Shown here: piece after piece, positions 1-13,888 of the stretch
Layout: each line of letters begins with the position of its first letter
Position numbering within the stretch: the stretch's first letter is position 1
From: Eledone cirrhosa
Taxonomy: Eukaryota
DNA length: 64,000 nucleotides
Reading direction: 5' to 3'
NCBI GenBank assembly: GCA_964016885.1
Contig: OZ024750.1
Coordinates: 22,196,001-22,260,000 of the forward strand
Notes under the pieces: generated by a model
What the model was told of the DNA's origin: nothing
Databases searched by the model: none
What the model saw: only the letters and a program-made list of their open reading frames with translations
Made by a program: the position numbers and the translations under genes

Positions 1-799
<799 letters not shown>

Positions 800-980
800 A
801 GATAAGTCTTGCATTTTAACAATAGGGTAATTGTGTAATTGTGAAATCTTAAAAGCTTTTGATGATATAATTTCTAACATTTAAGTGAAAAGTGTCGTTT
901 CAACGGAACATTAAACTGAGGTTTTAAAGAACAAAATGATCTTACATTGTCCAAAAGATGCTTTGTTCTTTGCCACAAGT

Positions 981-1300
981 GAAGGTGCGTGGCTTAGTGG
1001 TTAGGGATGAATGCCGGCTCACGACCGTGAGTTCGATTACCAGCGGCGTGATGTGTCATTGAGCAAGACACTTTATTTCAGTTGACTCAGCAAGGCAAAA
1101 ATAAGTCATGTCTGTAATTCAAAAGGTTAGCTTTTTCAAGAATTGTGTCACGTTGATTTGTGTCACCCATTGTGTCAATCTGAGAACCTCGTTTGGGGTA
1201 CACGTGCCTGTGGAATGGTCTGCTCTTAGCTCGTTAATCTAATGAGCAGCCTGTTCCGATGGTTGAATCAACTGGACCACTGGTCGCCGAAACCGACGCT
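981..1300 (+). mobile_element. tRNA-derived CORE-type SINE (family S2)
   Basis: A-box-like TGGCTTAGTGG, B-box GTTCGATT, CORE-like GTGTCATTGAGCAAGACACTT. Related copies at about 4905-5130(-), 42090-42390, 47115-47245(-), 54095-54320, 55395-55510(-), 58520-58770(-), 62150-62340(-). Confidence 0.8.
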
Positions 1301-2390
1301 CCAACAAACCAATAAAATTTCACACAAAAACATTTCTTTCTTAAGCTTTACTTAACATTGAACCATTAAAAAAACATTTAAAGATTGAAACTCTTCACCA
1401 AAATCAGCAATTTTCTTCTCTTCATATATTTCAATGAAATAAATCTATTCCCTTAACAACAAAAATATATTAAATTATTCGGCACCTCTCAAATAGCCAG
1501 CCCATCGGTGGCAGGAAAGAGTAAATCTAGCATATCCGTACAGGTGTATATATGAATATATTTATTTTGGTATGTTAAACCCTTTCTTGTCAGTGAAAGA
1601 ACTCAAACAAAAAAATTATAATAAATAAATTAGAAATGCCAATAAATTAAAAGAAATATTTTTTGAGTGGCGAAAAGGAAAATAACCGCAAAAAAAAATG
1701 AAAACGAATAATGAAAATGTAAATTTTAAAAATGGCGGAATTTTCAATTTCTGAAGCTTCTGGGAATTCAATGTTGTACAGATTATATTAAAAGAAAAAA
1801 ACATACACACGGTTTTATCGACAGAAATATTTTGAAAAATATTCCAAAATGAAAAAAGAACAATAAATGGCGTTTGTTTGGAAAATAAATTTAGGAAAAA
1901 TGACTGAAAAAAATGTATTAATGTTTTGTGTTTTTTATTGATTTATTTATTTTATTTTTTATCTGTTCTCTGTCACTTTTTTATATGCTGACATGCACTT
2001 AAAACATATAATCATTTGTCGCCCGTTTTCACTGCTAGTAATGGTTCGAATATATATATATACATACACGTATTTATATATATAAATGCAGTCGTTAGTT
2101 TTATATCGAATAATTTTAATATTAATATTAATAATATTCAATTCGTAAACAGCCTCATTACATCGTCGTCTTTTTGTTCTAGCGGTGACAGAGAAACAAT
2201 CGACAATGATATTGTTCCTTTTTTCAAGATTGTTTATCCCTCTTCTCTGTCACACACTAGAACTCTTGAGAATATATAGTATTCTCTAAAGTATACATCG
2301 GCTGATTAACATAATTTGTATACATACCGAGCGAGGTTTTACGGTATCTTAGAGGTAAGCTAATTTTGTTTTCATATATATATATATACA

Positions 2391-2451
<61 letters not shown>

Positions 2452-2481
2452 GTATTGGTCATACGCTTTCAACAAAATACC

Positions 2482-2571
<90 letters not shown>

Positions 2572-2574
<3 letters not shown>

Positions 2575-2844
2575 AAAAGTCAGCTCAAAAGTGACACAGA
2601 GGAGACTGAGGTTGGCTGGACATGCTCACCGACATCCAGAGTTGACATTGCACTCAGTGCTCCTTTGGGAGCCCCTACATGGACACACTAGAAGAGGAAG
2701 ACCAAGGTTAACATATGTTGATGCCCTAAGGACAGACACTGGTCTGTTGGAGATGCAGGATATGGCAGCGATAATGGGGGACAGAGACCGCTGGAGAGAA
2801 CTCGTCCATGGATCTCGGGAATTTTACCCGCCTTAGATAGATAG

Positions 2845-2848
<4 letters not shown>
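2572..2848 (+). mobile_element. 5'-truncated RTE-clade LINE 3' end
   Basis: Encodes [11 protein letters not shown]...[11 protein letters not shown]...DRDRWR, typical of the RTE C-terminus. Ends in a (TAGA)n tail; embedded in (AT)n. Confidence 0.85.
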
Positions 2849-2875
<27 letters not shown>

Positions 2876-2903
2876 TATATATATATATTTATATATATAT
2901 ATT

Positions 2904-2937
<34 letters not shown>

Positions 2938-2961
2938 TATATATATATATTTATATATATA

Positions 2962-3069
<108 letters not shown>

Positions 3070-3258
3070 GTATTAGTCTTACGCTTTCAACAAAACTGCA
3101 AGTTTCATAGGCATTCTTCGTCAGGACAGTTATTCTTAGTTACAAGATGCAATTCTAATAATGGAGAATAACTGTCCTTACAAAGAATTCCTTTGAAGTT
3201 CGCACTTTGTTTAAAGCCTGCAACTAACACGCTGTATTAACACACACACACACACACT

Positions 3259-3317
<59 letters not shown>

Positions 3318-3355
3318 ATGTATATATACATATATATATGAGTATATATATATGA

Positions 3356-3423
<68 letters not shown>

Positions 3424-4314
3424 GAAAGGTAGAGTTAATAACTCATACTGAAACCCTGTAATTAACAAGCTCAAAGTATAAATACTGAGCAGTATAACAA
3501 TAATATATGTAGTAATAAACACAGTAAATCGTGTGTCTAATATTACGAGGGTTGAAGAACCACATTTATTTGAAATATTTAACCATGAAGCAGACAGAAT
3601 GATAAAAATAAAAATAAATTATATAGACCACCTCAATAACAATTACGGATAAATTAGGGATTAATCTGTTTCGCCCTGAGTGTGTTTGTAACAGATAATC
3701 CACGGACATCATCAGCGAGAGAATCTGATTAAATGCGACAAACACCTAATACTAACGTTCACACAGCAAAATGAATTCTTCACCTCGTGTGCCGTAAGTC
3801 AAAAGTGGTGTGAGTGTATTGGTCAGAAATAACACACACATATATATATATATTGGAGAAAACCACGTGTCTGTGGCGACCTTTAAAGTTACAACATACC
3901 CGCTTTGGCTAAGAACGAAAGACTTACTGAAGAAGTAAATCCTATGTTCTGTCGTCAAAAACCATTATATTGCAGACTCCTGCAATAGGAATTTGTCGAT
4001 CTTGGATTTGCAGAAACTTAGTGCTGATGTTGGATGTGATATTGTGATCTATATTGTGGATATACGATGTAAGTTATATATTTTACACTCAGCCTCACCG
4101 TTATGTCCAGGTCAGAATAAAATCTTTTCCTGGGTCATGTATTTTCGTTGCTCTGGTAATGCGGTTGGACTGCCGACTGCTATATCTGATTTGCTAAGCT
4201 GTCTGAACGTAATGTTATTACTCTGGGGTCTTATCCGAGTGCTAAAGCTACAGACCGATTATGCATATATGCTAGCTTGGCCGTATACTAAAGCTTCGTC
4301 AATACTGTACTAAA

Positions 4315-4379
<65 letters not shown>

Positions 4380-4382
<3 letters not shown>

Positions 4383-4466
4383 GATGTCCCCAAAGGATGT
4401 ATACACACGTCAACAGCGCTTCTAATAAATAAGTGTAATATGTATATACATTTTTTGGACACCCTG
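4380..4466. mobile_element. 87-bp Tc1/mariner-type MITE
   Basis: About 27-bp imperfect TIRs CAGGATGTCC...GGACACCCTG, flanked by TA inside (TA)n. Confidence 0.8.
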
Positions 4467-4568
4467 TATATATATATATATTTATATATATATAGTATAA
4501 AAGAGAAAACACAGGTAAGCATTAAGAGAAGGATTTTATCCAGGTATTTACGACCGTTTCATTGGTAA

Positions 4569-4658
<90 letters not shown>

Positions 4659-4665
4659 TATAATA

Positions 4666-4882
4666 AAGAAGGTGTGGTAGGTAAGATACCAAATGAACCA
4701 TAACGCCCGAGAGTATTCGATAGTTAAGGTAGTAGAGTGGGTGATAGAGAAAGAATCAGGACCCCAACGGCTGAGCTCCGACTGTTTCGACAGCAAAATC
4801 CGAACTAAACCACTAGTATTGAATACTGTCGGATCTAGCTGTCGAAACACCCGGCTGTCAGCCGTCGGGGTCCTGACTCTTT
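4666..4882 (-). mobile_element. Fold-back Penelope-like terminal element, family B (diverged)
   Basis: Similar to 7003-7213 and 15829-16039; inverted arms about 4755-4803 and 4829-4880; in (TA)n. Confidence 0.65.
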
Positions 4883-5566
4883 ATATATATATATATATGC
4901 GTGTATCTGTGTAGCCTTACCGTAGTTCTCGGGGGAAATTCACTATGACAACGTGTTCGGTAAGGCTGCCCATTTGCTATAACTCATTTTTTTTCTTCTT
5001 TTGTTGACTGTGCTGGAGCAATGAGAAATATAAATTGTCTTTCTTAAAGACACAATGTGCTGTCGGGAATCGAACTCATAACTTTACAATCGTGAGCCGT
5101 ACCCCGTAATTACTAAGTCACGTACCTTCACTAAACAATGCTAAACACTTAACGTACTGCTAGTGTTGCAGAATAAAACAAACCATCAGCAAGTATTATA
5201 AATGTTTAGAATGATGAAAACGTGATAACTTACATTTTTACTGCTGAAACTACAAGATATTGTTAATATTCCCAAGAGAAAGCAGACAGAAGTATAGACA
5301 GAAGTACGACTATAGACAGAAGTAAACGTATAGAAAGTTAAATCTATGACAGCTGCATGCATGGCTGTGGGATTAAGTCATTCACAATACAACCTCGTGG
5401 TTCTGAGTTCTATCCCATTGTTCGGATTTCTGTTGTCTGTGCGAGAGAGAAGGTGTGTGTGTTTGTGTCTGTCTGTATGCCTGTGCCAGTTTCTGTCTGT
5501 GCGTGTGTATATCTATATGTATGAATATGGACAAGAATATATAAGTATGACTATAGATAGAAGAGT

Positions 5567-5810
5567 GGAGGCACGTGGCCTAGTGGTAAGGGTGTTGGAC
5601 TTACGATCATAATGTCGTGGGTTCGATTCCTGGGTTGCGTGTTGTGTTCTTGAGCAAAACACTTCATTTCACGTTGCTCCAGTATACTCATCTGAAAAAG
5701 AGTACCAGTAATAGCTGGGGGTTTAACCCTTCGATGGACTGGCGTCCTATCCAGGGGGAAGTCTTGTACTCTCAGTCGCTTCATGCTATGAAACCGGGAT
5801 AAGCACTGAC
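5567..5810 (+). mobile_element. tRNA-derived SINE (family S3)
   Basis: TGGCCTAGTGG A-box, GGTTCGATTCC B-box, 3' ATGGACTGGCGTCCTATCCAGGGG. Copies at 50288-50500 and 53790-54050. Confidence 0.85.
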
Positions 5811-6687
5811 TTAAGACAGACGTTAGACTTTTTTTTATAGAAGTACGAATATAGAGAAAATTAAACCTATAGAAAGTTAAATCTATTACAGCTGCATGTA
5901 TGGCTGTGAGATTAAGTCATTCTGTGTGTGTGTGAGAAAGAGAGTGTGCGTTTGTATCTGCCTGTACGTGTGTGTCAGTTTGTGAGTGTGTTTGTGCGTG
6001 TGTATATCTATAAGTATGAATATAGACACATGTGGTTAGGATGTTAGAGACACGATCATAGAGTCATGGGTTCGATTCTTGAACCGTTTGGCCCTTGTGA
6101 TCTTGAGCAAAATACTTCATTTCACGTTCTTCATTTTGTCAGGAGTTGTGACTTACGTGAGAAGTATAAGCAATGGAAGGACCATTTGAAACATTTTTAT
6201 TTGGTCCTATCTGACGATCAACGCATTTCCTTTTTGTATGTATGTGTATGGATGCATGACTTTTAGTGGAATCGTAGGGAGGGGGGGGGGGGGGCGTAAT
6301 GACATACGGCGTTTCGTGGCCATTTTAGACTTGGCGGAACCTATCTCCTCACCAGAAAAACAATCTAATACGGAGTGACAATGAGCTTGAAGATTTGCTG
6401 GGAACGGTTTCATTGTTGCCGGCCAAACTTCGAAGTCACAGTCATTTTGTATTGCTGTCAAATAAAATAATTGACAAGTTTTTTCTTGAGTGACTCAACA
6501 TTTTTGTCTGTTTACAGAGTTAATAACACAGCTGGAGTTGACTTTTAAATATATTAAAATTCACTGGTTTCTTAGTTCTTCTGCCTAAGCTCTTTTATTG
6601 CATATTAGTCTCTTTTAAATTAAGATCACTGACACACACACACACATACACACATACACAGATATATATATACACTCACACACACAA

Positions 6688-6737
<50 letters not shown>

Positions 6738-7002
6738 GTATATACATACATACATACTGTACATACATATATGCATACATGCATACATTGAGTACATACA
6801 TATATGCATACATACATATATATATATATACATACATGCATACATGGATACATACATACCAGCGTACGTACGTACGTATACACATATATATATATATAGA
6901 GAGAGAGAGATATAGATAGATAGATATAGATATATACATAGATACATACACGCAAACATACATACATGCGTACGTACGTATATATATATATATATATATA
7001 TA

Positions 7003-7211
7003 TAACGAAGGAAATGTGGTAAGGAACCAGGTGGACCATAACGCACCAAAGTACTCAGGGTAGTAGAGTGGGTAATAGGAACGAGTAGGACCCCGACGGC
7101 TGAGCTCAAGCCGTTTCGACGGCTAATTCTGGACTAAATGAAAATTTTCATTTAGTCCAGAATTAGCCGTCGAAACGGCTTGAGCTCAGCCGTCGGGGTC
7201 CTACTCGTTCC

Positions 7212-7213
<2 letters not shown>
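7003..7213 (-). mobile_element. Fold-back element family B: ~140-bp perfect palindrome (centre AAAATTTT ~7144) plus 3' tail
   Basis: Arms carry the 3' half of a hammerhead: GAA-ACGGCU-UGAGCUC-AGCCGU-C (GUC triplet). Tail has TGAGTACT; flanked by (TA)n. Confidence 0.8.
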
Positions 7214-7301
<88 letters not shown>

Positions 7302-7338
7302 CATACATGCAAACATACATACATACATGCGTACGTAC

Positions 7339-7390
<52 letters not shown>

Positions 7391-7852
7391 GTATACATGT
7401 ATACATACATACATACATACATACATACATACATACATACATACATACATACATACATACATACATACATACATACATACAAACATACATACAAACATTT
7501 ACATACATATTTATGTTTCCTCCTCTTTCTTTCATTAATAATGTACACATTTCTTTTATATACAACTTCGTTATCTCTCTGAAATCCCGTCAGCCATCGG
7601 CTGACTTACAAATTCAACTCACATCTCTTATAATTCTATCCATTCCTTCTTTAGAATACAAATTTATCAACCGGAAACTACGTGAAACTCTGGACGACTA
7701 GGATAAGTATTAAGAATATTAACCAATTAATTACCATATTCTAACTGCCTATGGTTTTCAAATAATTTTGAAAATATCAAGAATTTTGAAAATATTAGTA
7801 TTATAACTAACTACATTATTATAACTATTGTAATATTATTGTAACTATAGCA

Positions 7853-8165
7853 AGGGCGGTGGATTGGCAGTATCGGTAGAGCGTCACACACCATGCTTTG
7901 CATCATAGAGTTACGGCCCTTTATGATCTGAGTTCAAATCCCGCAGAGGTTAACTTTGCCTTTCATCCTTACGGGGTCGATAAAATAAAGTACCAGTAAT
8001 GCACTGGGTAATTGCTGGCCTTGAGCCAAAAGTAGAAACAATTATTAATATTCAAAAAAATCAGATTTACAATTAAAGTACCAGTAACGTACTGGCGTCG
8101 ATTTAATCAACTTTCCCCTCCCCGAAAAATTGCTGGCCTTGTGCCTACATAAGAAACCATTATTA
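7853..8165 (+). mobile_element. tRNA-derived SINE (family S1) plus a second tail
   Basis: GAGTTCAAATCC B-box; central TTTGCCTTTCATCCTTACGGGGTCGATAAAATAAAGTACCAG (resembles the Meta domain, from memory). Other copies at 26150-26280(-), 36155-36305, 39270-39435, 40518-40620, 41770-41943(-), 56690-57080 (tandem heads). Confidence 0.85.
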
Positions 8166-8669
8166 TAACTATAGTATTATAACTAACTACTCAAAGATAG
8201 CTTAATAAAGTTACTTACAAAAGATTAATATGAAAGGATGTTTTGTTTTTTTCTATAAATATATATAAACACTCTAATTCCACATTTCTAATGAAAAGAA
8301 CTGCCTATAGTTTTCAAATAATTTTTATATGATATAACTAACTTTCCCATTATCAAACTTGTGTTTTGAATATAACTTAAAAAGGTTCTTACATAAAATG
8401 ACAATGTAAAGTTCGTTATGAATACATACACTTTAAGATATACACAGTTCTGTATCGTACAAGCAGAGAGGTTTCATGTGGTTTGGTATGAAAAGAGTTA
8501 AAACACAAAGAATATTTTACAAAAGTTCTCTTAATATTGGGAACAATTGAAGATACGAATTGTAGACGGCAAGACTGATTCTAAATGTTTGTATTCTTAT
8601 GTTTTGGTTTATCTTATATTGCCGTTGGCGAACAATATACATGTGTGTTTGTGTGTGTCTATGTATGTG

Positions 8670-8772
<103 letters not shown>

Positions 8773-8841
8773 CTGGGAAGGGGTACATTAACTAGGACTT
8801 TTAATCTACTCAACGCTCCGATAGTTTCTTTTTGATTTGTA

Positions 8842-8903
<62 letters not shown>

Positions 8904-8943
8904 ATATATTAACAAATAGAAACTATATTTATAAAACCATATT

Positions 8944-9211
8944 TATTTCATTATACATATTTCAAGGACACCAAAGCAGATTATGGCGCGCTTTCATCAG
9001 ATAAAATATAATATAGATCAGTTTTATAAACAAATATTGACATACCCTTAAAAGAATGCGACCATGTCTGTTGGGAGCTTCCAACAGACATGGTCGCATT
9101 CTTTTAAGGGTATGTCAATATTTGTTTATAAAACTGATTTATATTATATTTTATCTGATGAAAGCGCACCATAATCTGCTTTGGTGTCCTTGAAATATGT
9201 ATAATGAAATA
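8944..9211. mobile_element. Fold-back family A palindrome (~270 bp, centre AGCT 9076-9079) with a hammerhead in each arm
   Basis: Arms nearly perfectly complementary; right arm runs into the N gap. Confidence 0.85.
9147..9211 (+). ncRNA. Type I hammerhead ribozyme (family A); mirror copy 8944-9008(-)
   Basis: Stem I UAUUUUAU/AUGAAAUA; CUGAUGA at 9155; stem II AAG-GCACCA/UGGUGU-CUU; GAAA at 9192; stem III AUAUGUAU; AUA cleavage triplet. Confidence 0.8.
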
Positions 9212-9212
9212 A

Positions 9213-9412
9213 NNNNNNNNNNNNNNNNNNNNNNNNNNNNNNNNNNNNNNNNNNNNNNNNNNNNNNNNNNNNNNNNNNNNNNNNNNNNNNNNNNNNNNNN
9301 NNNNNNNNNNNNNNNNNNNNNNNNNNNNNNNNNNNNNNNNNNNNNNNNNNNNNNNNNNNNNNNNNNNNNNNNNNNNNNNNNNNNNNNNNNNNNNNNNNNN
9401 NNNNNNNNNNNN
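9213..9412. other. Assembly gap (200 N)
   Basis: Run of n. Confidence 1.
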
Positions 9413-9841
9413 AAGCCAAACGACTATGTAGATGGCTCCTCGTTGTATAGGAATGGTTTATTTATGTTTTGCTGACACTGTGAACAATGTTGAGGCAGAA
9501 GAAAGTCACGTATTGTCAAACTGTTCTTGTATGACTTATAGTTAACATTTAACGCAGCTAGTGTGTGTGTGTGTTTGTGCGTGCATGTGTTCATGTGTGT
9601 GTGTGAGTGCATATGTGTATATATGTGTGTGCGTGTGTGAGCGTGTGTGTGTGCGTTTTCGTATGTGTGTGTATACGCGTGTGTGTATATGTGTCTGTGT
9701 ATGTGTGTCCCTTTGTATGTGTGTACATATGTGAGGGGGTGAACATACGAGGCTTCGTTGTGATTTCGATTACTGACAGTGACTTGTGATTCTCTAGTTC
9801 TCTTCCCTAGCAAAATTGAGTTGTACCTTTAATTCAAAGGA

Positions 9842-10092
9842 TCAGTCTTTTCAAACACTGCTCCATACCGAATCTCCCTGAGAACTGTGCCTGCGTTAAG
9901 AGTGTCAGCCTTTTCAAACACTGTGCCATACCGAATTTCCCTGAGAACTGTTCCTACGTTAAGGTGTCAGCCTTTTCAAATACTGTGCCATACCGAATCT
10001 CCCTGAGAACTGTGCCTACGTTAAGGGTGTCAGCCTTTTCAAACACTGTGCCATACCGAATCTCCCTGAGAACTGTGCCTACGTTAAGGGTG
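9842..10092 (+). repeat. Tandem repeat, ~62-63-bp unit x4, derived from an S2 SINE body
   Basis: TCAGCCTTTTCAAACACTGTGCCATACCGAATCTCCCTGAGAACTGTGCCTACGTTAAGGGTG repeated head to tail; continues into SINE 3' sequence. Confidence 0.9.
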
Positions 10093-10380
10093 CAAATATC
10101 CATAGAATACTCATTGAGTTTTTGACCAGGCTGTTACGTTGATTGAATCAACTGGAGCACTCATCTTCGCGACCCACGGAGATCCAATACACATAACATG
10201 GTTGAATGTTTAGAAAAGAAATGTTATTGATCACAAAACACAGTTGTATGTGTCTGCTCATCAGAGGGCTGCTCGTTACATTTAGTAAGACTTTGCTGAC
10301 GGATTGTTAACATATTAGGGAAGTAACGGAGATTAAAACATCTGGAGCTGGCTGGGTACCTTCTGGGGTGATGTTTTATA

Positions 10381-10578
10381 GAAGAAGAAGAAGAAGAAGA
10401 AGAAGAAGAAGAAGAAGAAGAAGAAGAAGAAGAAGAAGAAGAAGAAGAAGAAGAAGAAGAAGAAGAAGAAGGGGTAGGATGAGGAGGTGGGAGGAGGAGA
10501 AGAAGAAGAAGAAGAAGAAGAAGAAGAAGAAGAAGAAGAAGAAGAAGAAGAAGAAGAAGAAGAAGAAGAAGAAGAAGA
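10381..10578. repeat. (GAA)n microsatellite
   Basis: Direct reading; similar tracts at 14484-14633 and 52620-52738. Confidence 0.95.
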
Positions 10579-10869
10579 ACTACTACTACAACAACAAAAA
10601 CCGCAACAATGACGGCAACAACAAAGAAAGAAGGAAAGAGACTGAATTATATTTGTGTCCAGGAAATGTTTGCCATATTCTGAATATAGAATTTCACTTG
10701 AGAAGTGGTTAAAGTGGGAAAAAAAGAGAGAAAAAAAGAACAACATAAACAAGAAAAAAACAATAAATAATAAATAAAATAGTAATATATATTTCCTTCT
10801 CCCTCTTTCGCTCTGTGTCTCTCCTCCTCTCTCTCTCTCTCTCTTTCTCTATCTCTCTCACTCTACCCC

Positions 10870-10902
<33 letters not shown>

Positions 10903-10920
10903 CATGTGTGTGTGTATATA

Positions 10921-10995
<75 letters not shown>

Positions 10996-11195
10996 ATATA
11001 TATATATATATATATTTGTATGTATATATATATATATATAGTGAGAGAGATCAACACATACATACATACATACATACATACATACATACATACATACATA
11101 CATACATACATACATAAATGCGGCATGTTTACCGTCTGCGTGTACTGTTAATGTAGATATAAAAGCTTGACTGTAGATACATACACATTCAGGCT

Positions 11196-11291
<96 letters not shown>

Positions 11292-11409
11292 ACACCACAC
11301 ACACCACACACACACACACCACACACATATATATATATATATGTGTGCGTGTGTATATATATATATATATATGTATGTGTATATATGTGTGTGTGTATAT
11401 ATATATGTA

Positions 11410-11516
<107 letters not shown>

Positions 11517-11661
11517 GCAATATCGGAGAAAGCTTTATAGCGATACTATATATATACATATATATACACATATATATATATACACATATATATACACATA
11601 TATATATATATACACATATATATATACACACATACGTACATATATATGTATATATATATAT

Positions 11662-12232
11662 ATGGTGGCTGCCAACTCGTTTTCGAGTACGGCCACTACT
11701 TTATATCCATGTAGGAGAACCCCTATCGATGCGCTGAACGAGTGTGACTTTTTAGTCCAGCCAGCGACTTGAAAACTCTGGTACAAACACTACACTTGTG
11801 ACAATTATTGACACATAGTGCTGGGCCCATGGTACCATGTGACGACAAGTGCAGAAAGATCTCCAGATATAAAGCAATGCCTGTGCCGTGAAGCTTTTAT
11901 AGTGAGCAAAGGCACTGCACAAAGCCAGTCCCACTCTCTTAACCAAGAGGATATTTACCAAAAAGAAGAACAAGTCAACATCATTGGATACCATCAGAGT
12001 TGCAGGTGTTATATCGGAGTTTTCCTTCTCCTAGAATTCTGCCTTGACAATGGCTAAGGGGTCATCTCTCCCGGTGATTTTGGATGGCCATTGACAGGCT
12101 TTGTTTTTATTCCTGCAGGATGTCCAAAGTCACCCTCCTCACCAAGAAACCTTGGTGGGGTTGCCAGTTTAGTCGCCAACGACCCGACCATGAGACAGGT
12201 TGTACTGGGATACATGTTACCAGTAGCACCAA
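11662..12232 (-). mobile_element. Interspersed ~570-bp repeat, RTE 5'-UTR-like, non-coding
   Basis: Near-identical copy at 43156-43768 and partial inverted copy at 48643-48853. Minus strand has CTAGGAGAAGGAAAACTC and GTCG..GGCGACTAAAC motifs recalled from RTE 5' UTRs. Confidence 0.6.
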
Positions 12233-12564
12233 TATATATATATATATATACACACACACATATATATATATATGGAAGGAGCGTATAGATATTTTTTTAA
12301 CATTTACATCTACACGAGGGTGGATGGTGGTGGATGGTGGCTTGTCACAATTAATAGAATGCTGGGCAAAATTGTGGACTTGCAATTTTGGTAGAAATGA
12401 AATGAACCTCCGTCGGTTTCCACGATGACTGTTCCAATTGTTCGATAAAAAGAACAGCTCGCTCATGAAATGACTACCTATATTAATCTCTTTACGTTAA
12501 GAGAGTAGGGGGGGGGGGGACCATAATAGAAAAAAAAAAAATAGAACGAGTTCTATTTTTATTT

Positions 12565-12725
12565 TTAGCTGGGTATATACTTAACCTTTTCCTTCAAGTC
12601 ACTATCTAAAAGGACTTTGTCATAGTACGGGGCTGCCTTATTGAATATCTGTTTAGTGAATGATAGGTTGGAAATCCTACAGCTACTATTAAAGATAGCA
12701 TGCTTCTTGAGGTTTTTCAAAGGCT
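12565..12725 (-). pseudogene. Penelope-like element RT/thumb fragment
   Basis: RISNLSFTKQIFNKAAPYYDKVLLDSDLKEKVKY matches the PLE pattern RIS.LS...F..AAP.Y..AL..SG. Confidence 0.7.
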
Positions 12726-12993
12726 GTTTACACCTCAAGAAACATTTCCTTTCTTTATGGAAGACCCACAGCCCAGACACCCAGTCAGCACAAACAGAAG
12801 TGCTACGTCTGCCATAACTGATGTATGTGGTGGCCTTTTGGTGGATGGAACTCCATGAATACTTTATTTTCTGGGAGTCCACTCATTTCAAGTGACTGAT
12901 TGTAATGAGGTGCAGCCGTATCAAAGATCTGTTTGTCGGACGTTAAGTTAGAAATTCCTTTACTAATCCCGTTATCAAAGTTTTCTAACTATG

Positions 12994-13025
<32 letters not shown>

Positions 13026-13027
<2 letters not shown>

Positions 13028-13254
13028 CAAATAGTGAAAACAATGAAATTAAACAAAATACGAGTAATTCATAGTTTTTTACTATGAATTACCCGTATTT
13101 TGTTTAATTTCATTGTCTTCACTATTTGTATTATTTTGAATTATATCGTTGAAATTTTGTTTTTTAAACTTTGCTTCAAGACATCTTCTACTTACGGATT
13201 ACATTGAGTTCTTCATACGGCTTGGACCCTACCATTAATTGGTGGATTTATCTG
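13026..13254 (+). mobile_element. Fold-back element: 105-bp palindrome (13026-13130) plus tail with TGAGTTCT, in (TA)n
   Basis: TACAAATAGTGAA...TTCACTATTTGTA arms; no hammerhead core visible. Confidence 0.6.
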
Positions 13255-13266
13255 TATATATATATA

Positions 13267-13320
<54 letters not shown>

Positions 13321-13343
13321 ATATATATAGAATGTATACATCT

Positions 13344-13640
<297 letters not shown>

Positions 13641-13723
13641 CGTTAAGATTCTTTTCCAACTGTATCACTATTGTATTGTGTTGTGTTGTACTCCTGTGTT
13701 TTCCATACTTCACTTTGTGTGTG

Positions 13724-13872
<149 letters not shown>

Positions 13873-13888
13873 CACAACAAATCAGTAA

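Noticed and set aside
5567-5640. tRNA gene candidates at SINE heads
   Set aside because: A and B boxes present, but no complete cloverleaf, and each runs into SINE body sequence.
8944-9211. Palindromes as library or assembly chimeras
   Set aside because: Most have arm-to-arm substitutions or indels and a consistent one-sided tail, which fits real insertions; perfect ones such as 7075-7213 still need read support.
9842-10092. CRISPR-like regular repeat
   Set aside because: Head-to-tail units with no unique spacers, SINE-derived, eukaryotic context, no cas genes.
11752-12057. Short ORFs repeated at 43245-43550
   Set aside because: Shared only because the repeat copies are nearly identical; no recognisable domain.
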